From: Thraustochytrium aureum
Taxonomy: Eukaryota
Direction of reading: 5' to 3'
NCBI GenBank assembly: GCA_012862495.1
Contig: BLSG01000353.1
Location: 46,201-66,100 of the forward strand
Length of the DNA stretch: 19,900 bases
Position numbers and translations under genes: made by a program. This document shows, one piece after another, positions 16,633 to 19,900 of this stretch. Below the pieces are notes generated by a model. That model did no database searches, was not told the DNA's origin, and saw only the letters and a list, made by a program, of their open reading frames with translations. Position 1 is the stretch's first letter. Each line of letters starts with the position of its first letter.

Positions 16633-19470
16633 ATGGCCCGTCTGGGCGACGGCGGCACGCCGCTTGGCAAGCTCGAAGAGGCTCAGCGTGTGGACGAGGC
16701 TCTAGATGCTCTCCGCGCTCTCCGTGAACTGCGGCTCAACGAGTTCGTCGGGCCAGGACCGCAGGGCCCTCCGAGCGCCGCAGTGCTCGAGGCGGAGAGA
16801 GTGTTCGAGGATCTCGCCGCTGCAGTTCTCGAGACGGTGTCCAGCCGCTGGGCAAGCTTGCTTTCGCTCAGCGAAACCTCCGAGCTTCTGGACAGCTGGT
16901 TTGTTTCAAGTTGCGGCCCTGGAGGCGACGCGTGGCCTCCGAGCATCTGCAAGGTCTTTGCCCTCCACAGGTGCTTGAGGCGCGCATACGCGCAAGACCC
17001 GGCGCCTCATGGCACTCATCAAGCGGATCGCACAAATTGCGGAGCTCGGCAAGGCAGCAAGGCAATCTCAGCGCACGCGGCTCGGCTGCTCCTCGTCGCC
17101 GTGGATGAGTCGAGCGACGCTCTCGCGGAAACGTTGGCAATCGCGGATGGTCGCGGTAGGGCAGCAGAGTGGGTTGCCTGCCTGGGGAGCCTGCCGGACC
17201 TGGCCATCGCTGCAGCAGCCTGCGGCGAGCCGAAGCTTGCGGAGGACGCGAGGCGCACTTTTGCGCCAGCCTCGTTTTACGCGCGACTAGCAACCGCAAT
17301 CCTCTTCGGCGGCAGCGTCGCGAGTCCGAGCTCGATGGGACTGCTCGCGAGCAAACTTTGCCGCTTGGGCCAAGTCGAGTCCGTAGCGCACTCGTGGTGC
17401 GCTTCGGGCCAGGCAGAGCTTGCCTGGCTCGAGCACGTCGACCTCGGCTCGCGACAAAAACTCATCACAGCAGCGTTGCGAGCAGCCGGGAGCGACAGCA
17501 TCGGCATGCTCTCTGTGGACGCCGTTCTCGCGGCTGGGTTGCCTCGCGTCGCAATAGCAGGACCTGGAGCCTTGCGCGCTCTCGCTGGCAGGAAGTTGCT
17601 CCTTGGCAAGCCACNNNNNNNNNNNNNNNNNNNNNNNNNNNNNNNNNNNNNNNNNNNNNNNNNNNNNNNNNNNNNNNNNNNNNNNNNNNNNNNNNNNNNN
17701 NNNNNNNNNNNNNNNNNNNNNNNNNNNNNNNNNNNNNNNNNNNNNNNNNNNNNNNNNNNNNNNNNNNNNNNNNNNNNNNNNNNNNNNNNNNNNNNNNNNN
17801 NNNNNNNNNNNNNNNNNNNNNNNNNNNNNNNNNNNNNNNNNNNNNNNNNNNNNTACACCACCTGCAGCGCGTCGACCCGGGCCTGGCCGTCGACGCAGCT
17901 CGCCACATCGCGACGGTCTGGAGCGAGCCGGCTTTTGTTCGTGGTACCGATTTCGCCAAGCACGAGTTCGTCACCGCGACTGTCTGCTGCTGGCTGGCAG
18001 TTCTCTCCAAGTCGCAAGCTGAGGCAGCCGGACTCGTCTCGATCCTTGTGAGCGGGGTGCAGCACTACTTGGACAGTGGAGTCCAAGAGGTGCGTGTCTT
18101 GGGCATGCGCGTAGCGCAGCGATTTGCGCAGCTCCTGCTCCCCTGGCGACAACCTAGAATTCGACGAGCTCTCGCGCATCGAGACCGCCTGGAAGTACGA
18201 CCGCCCAGCAGCTGCCCCAGATTCGCGCGTCGAATCTGACCATCGCAGCTTTGCCCCTGGGACGGTGGCGCCCGAGCAAGCTGAGGGGGAGGGCCAAGGC
18301 CTCAAGGTGGAGAGTTCTTCGAAGTTGGAGGCACCCGCTCCTTGCCCAAACGATGAGGCAGCTGCAAAGCCGAAGCCTGTGCCTCTCCTTGCGATCAGCG
18401 GAATCGGCGGTACAGTAGGCCCAAAGTTTGGGGTTTGGAGCGACTCGAGCGACGAAGAGGACGATGCCAGCGACGAAGAGGACGACCTCGAAAGCCTTCG
18501 GCCTTTCGGGGGCCTTGAGGAGCAAGACGACGACCAATTACTCCGGCGCCGGCTTCCTGCTTACGTCGGCGAGTGCCTGCCCTTGCTGCAGTCGGACAAG
18601 GACGTGCGCGACGCCCAGGCGCTCGTCGCTGGCCTCGTCCCCTTGATCAAGAGTGTCCCACCAGACCTCGATGTCGCCGCGGCCGACTTGGGCCACGCCC
18701 TGCTTCATGCGGACAACAAGTTCGCCCTCCAGGAGTTTGGAGAAATGCGCCTCGACGCTCTCACTGCCCTTCTTGTGAGCCCAGCTCGCGAAGGAGTCCT
18801 GAGACTGCTCTGCGACCAAGTTTTTGTCCCTTCTGCCTTTACGAGCGTGCGGCTCGACGCCCTGGACGTGATTGCTCGTGCCGCACAAGAACTCTCACGT
18901 GGCAGGACAGGCGGCAATGGCGCGGTCCCGGCACAGGAGGACCCAGGGCAAGGCGAAACACAAACCAAGGGAGCACAGATTCAAATGGTTGGGACCGTGA
19001 AGCGTCGGTGGGGCCAAGCGAAGCGCCAGCCCGCATTGGCGCAGAGGAATGAGTTCGCGGCGCTCGCTCCGCAGTTTTTCTTCCCTCTCTTAGCCAACCG
19101 CGACCGCGGAGCCGTCGTACTGCGTCGCGAGCCGCTGGTCCTGGCCAAGCTCGTCGCGACGCTGGGTGCTGTTCTGGGTTGCGCACGCAACAGCGCGCAC
19201 GCAGAGCGCATGGCTCGCGCCCTCGTGGACCTGCTCTGGTGGGCACGGTTTGACGCGGAGCCGCAGGTGCGGCGCGCCGTGCTGTATTCGTTTGCGCAGC
19301 TCCTCTCCGTTGTCCCGCTTTCGCTCTTGTCGGAGGACGAGTTTTGGCTCGGCACGCTCGAGGAGCTGCGAGCTTGGCTTGGGCAAGTGGCAGTAGCTGA
19401 TGCAGACCTGCACGCGCGCGAGCAGGCCGTTCTCGTGCTGCGCATGCTGGGCTGCGCGCCGAGCCTGTAG
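16633..19470 (+). CDS. TELO2: Telomere length regulation protein TEL2 (TTT complex); spans a gap, with a frame break near 18140 and a possible compensated pair at about 17000/17061
   Basis: LGSLPD...FAPASFY, TVWS..AFVRGT....H.FVT, GVQHYLDS...VR.LGM.VA...LEF, acidic SDEEDD tract, LPAYVGECL, ALLHADNKF...F..MR..AL.ALLV, KRRWG, NEFAALAPQFFFPLL, LVLAKLV.TL, RFDAEPQVRRAVL and WL..VA..DAD..RE.A all match TEL2 features. The start ATG at 16633 is inferred. Confidence 0.9.
17615..17853. other. Assembly gap (239 N) inside TEL2
   Basis: Run of N. Confidence 1.
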
Positions 19471-19551
19471 TAGGGAATTAGTTTGCTCGGCATCGCTGCG
19501 TGTGGCATGCCGTGCAGGCGTCGTGGCCGGGCGAAGACCGCGGCGACTGGC

Positions 19552-19900
19552 TCACGACCCGGCCTGGTCTAGCGCTTCCTCGAACAAAACTTGTATTTTG
19601 AGCGAGCAGCTAGGGCACTCAAACACGTCGACTCCTTGGGCAAGTTGGTCCTCGCGCACCTCGATCACGTCCCCGCACCGGCAAGTGTGTCGAAAGGCGA
19701 GTCGCGCCTCGTCGAAGTCGAGGTCGTCCAAGTCGATTTGAGCCGCGTTCTGCATCACGGACTGGCGGGCGGCGCGCGCCGCGTCGTAGCGCCGTCGCCT
19801 CTCCGGGTCGCTGTCCTTCGCGAGCTGCGTGAGCTGGCGCACGAATGGTTCGTCGCGCGGCGTGACTTACCTCAGCACGTTCCAGGCGTCCTGCACCTGG
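19552..19900 (-). CDS. DPH4: DPH4/DNAJC24 (J-domain plus CSL zinc finger), 3' part; exons 19900-19871 and 19810-19552
   Basis: The spliced J-domain end reads QVQDAWNVLSDPERRRRYD, followed by IDLDDLDF, TCRCG and FECPSCSLKIQV (CSL finger). TGA at 19554-19552. Confidence 0.92.
19811..19870 (-). other. 60-nt spliceosomal intron in DPH4
   Basis: AG|GTAAGT donor, CTCAC branch-like motif, GACAG| acceptor. It contains an in-frame TAA, and splicing gives the J-domain consensus VLSDP. Confidence 0.92.

Noticed and set aside
1..19900. Alternative genetic code or general stop-codon frameshifting
   Set aside because: TAA, TAG and TGA all end conserved genes at expected positions, and the TEL2 and 3236 breaks are not at in-frame stops.

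Overview
GC-rich, gene-dense, intron-poor eukaryotic (protist-like) scaffold with three N gaps (11434-12080, 15698-16226, 17615-17853) and a standard genetic code. Genes in order: a probable gene start running off the left edge (-); a large acidic/RING-finger plus OSCA/TMEM63/TMC-superfamily-like membrane protein (-, two frame breaks); a hypothetical protein (-); a permuted NlpC/P60-type enzyme (+); U2AF35/U2AF1 (-); a NAT9 acetyltransferase fused to an OvoA-type methyltransferase (+); CK2 beta (-, one intron seen); a divergent alpha-tubulin lacking K40 (+); an ankyrin-repeat protein with an F-box-like tail (-); TEL2/TELO2 (+, gap and frame breaks); and DPH4/DNAJC24 (-, one intron, runs off the right edge). 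The most interesting items are the two domain fusions (NAT9-OvoA methyltransferase; RING-channel). Several single-base frame breaks lie at or near short homopolymers and are most likely assembly errors. Family calls come from recognising motifs by eye; no searches were run.
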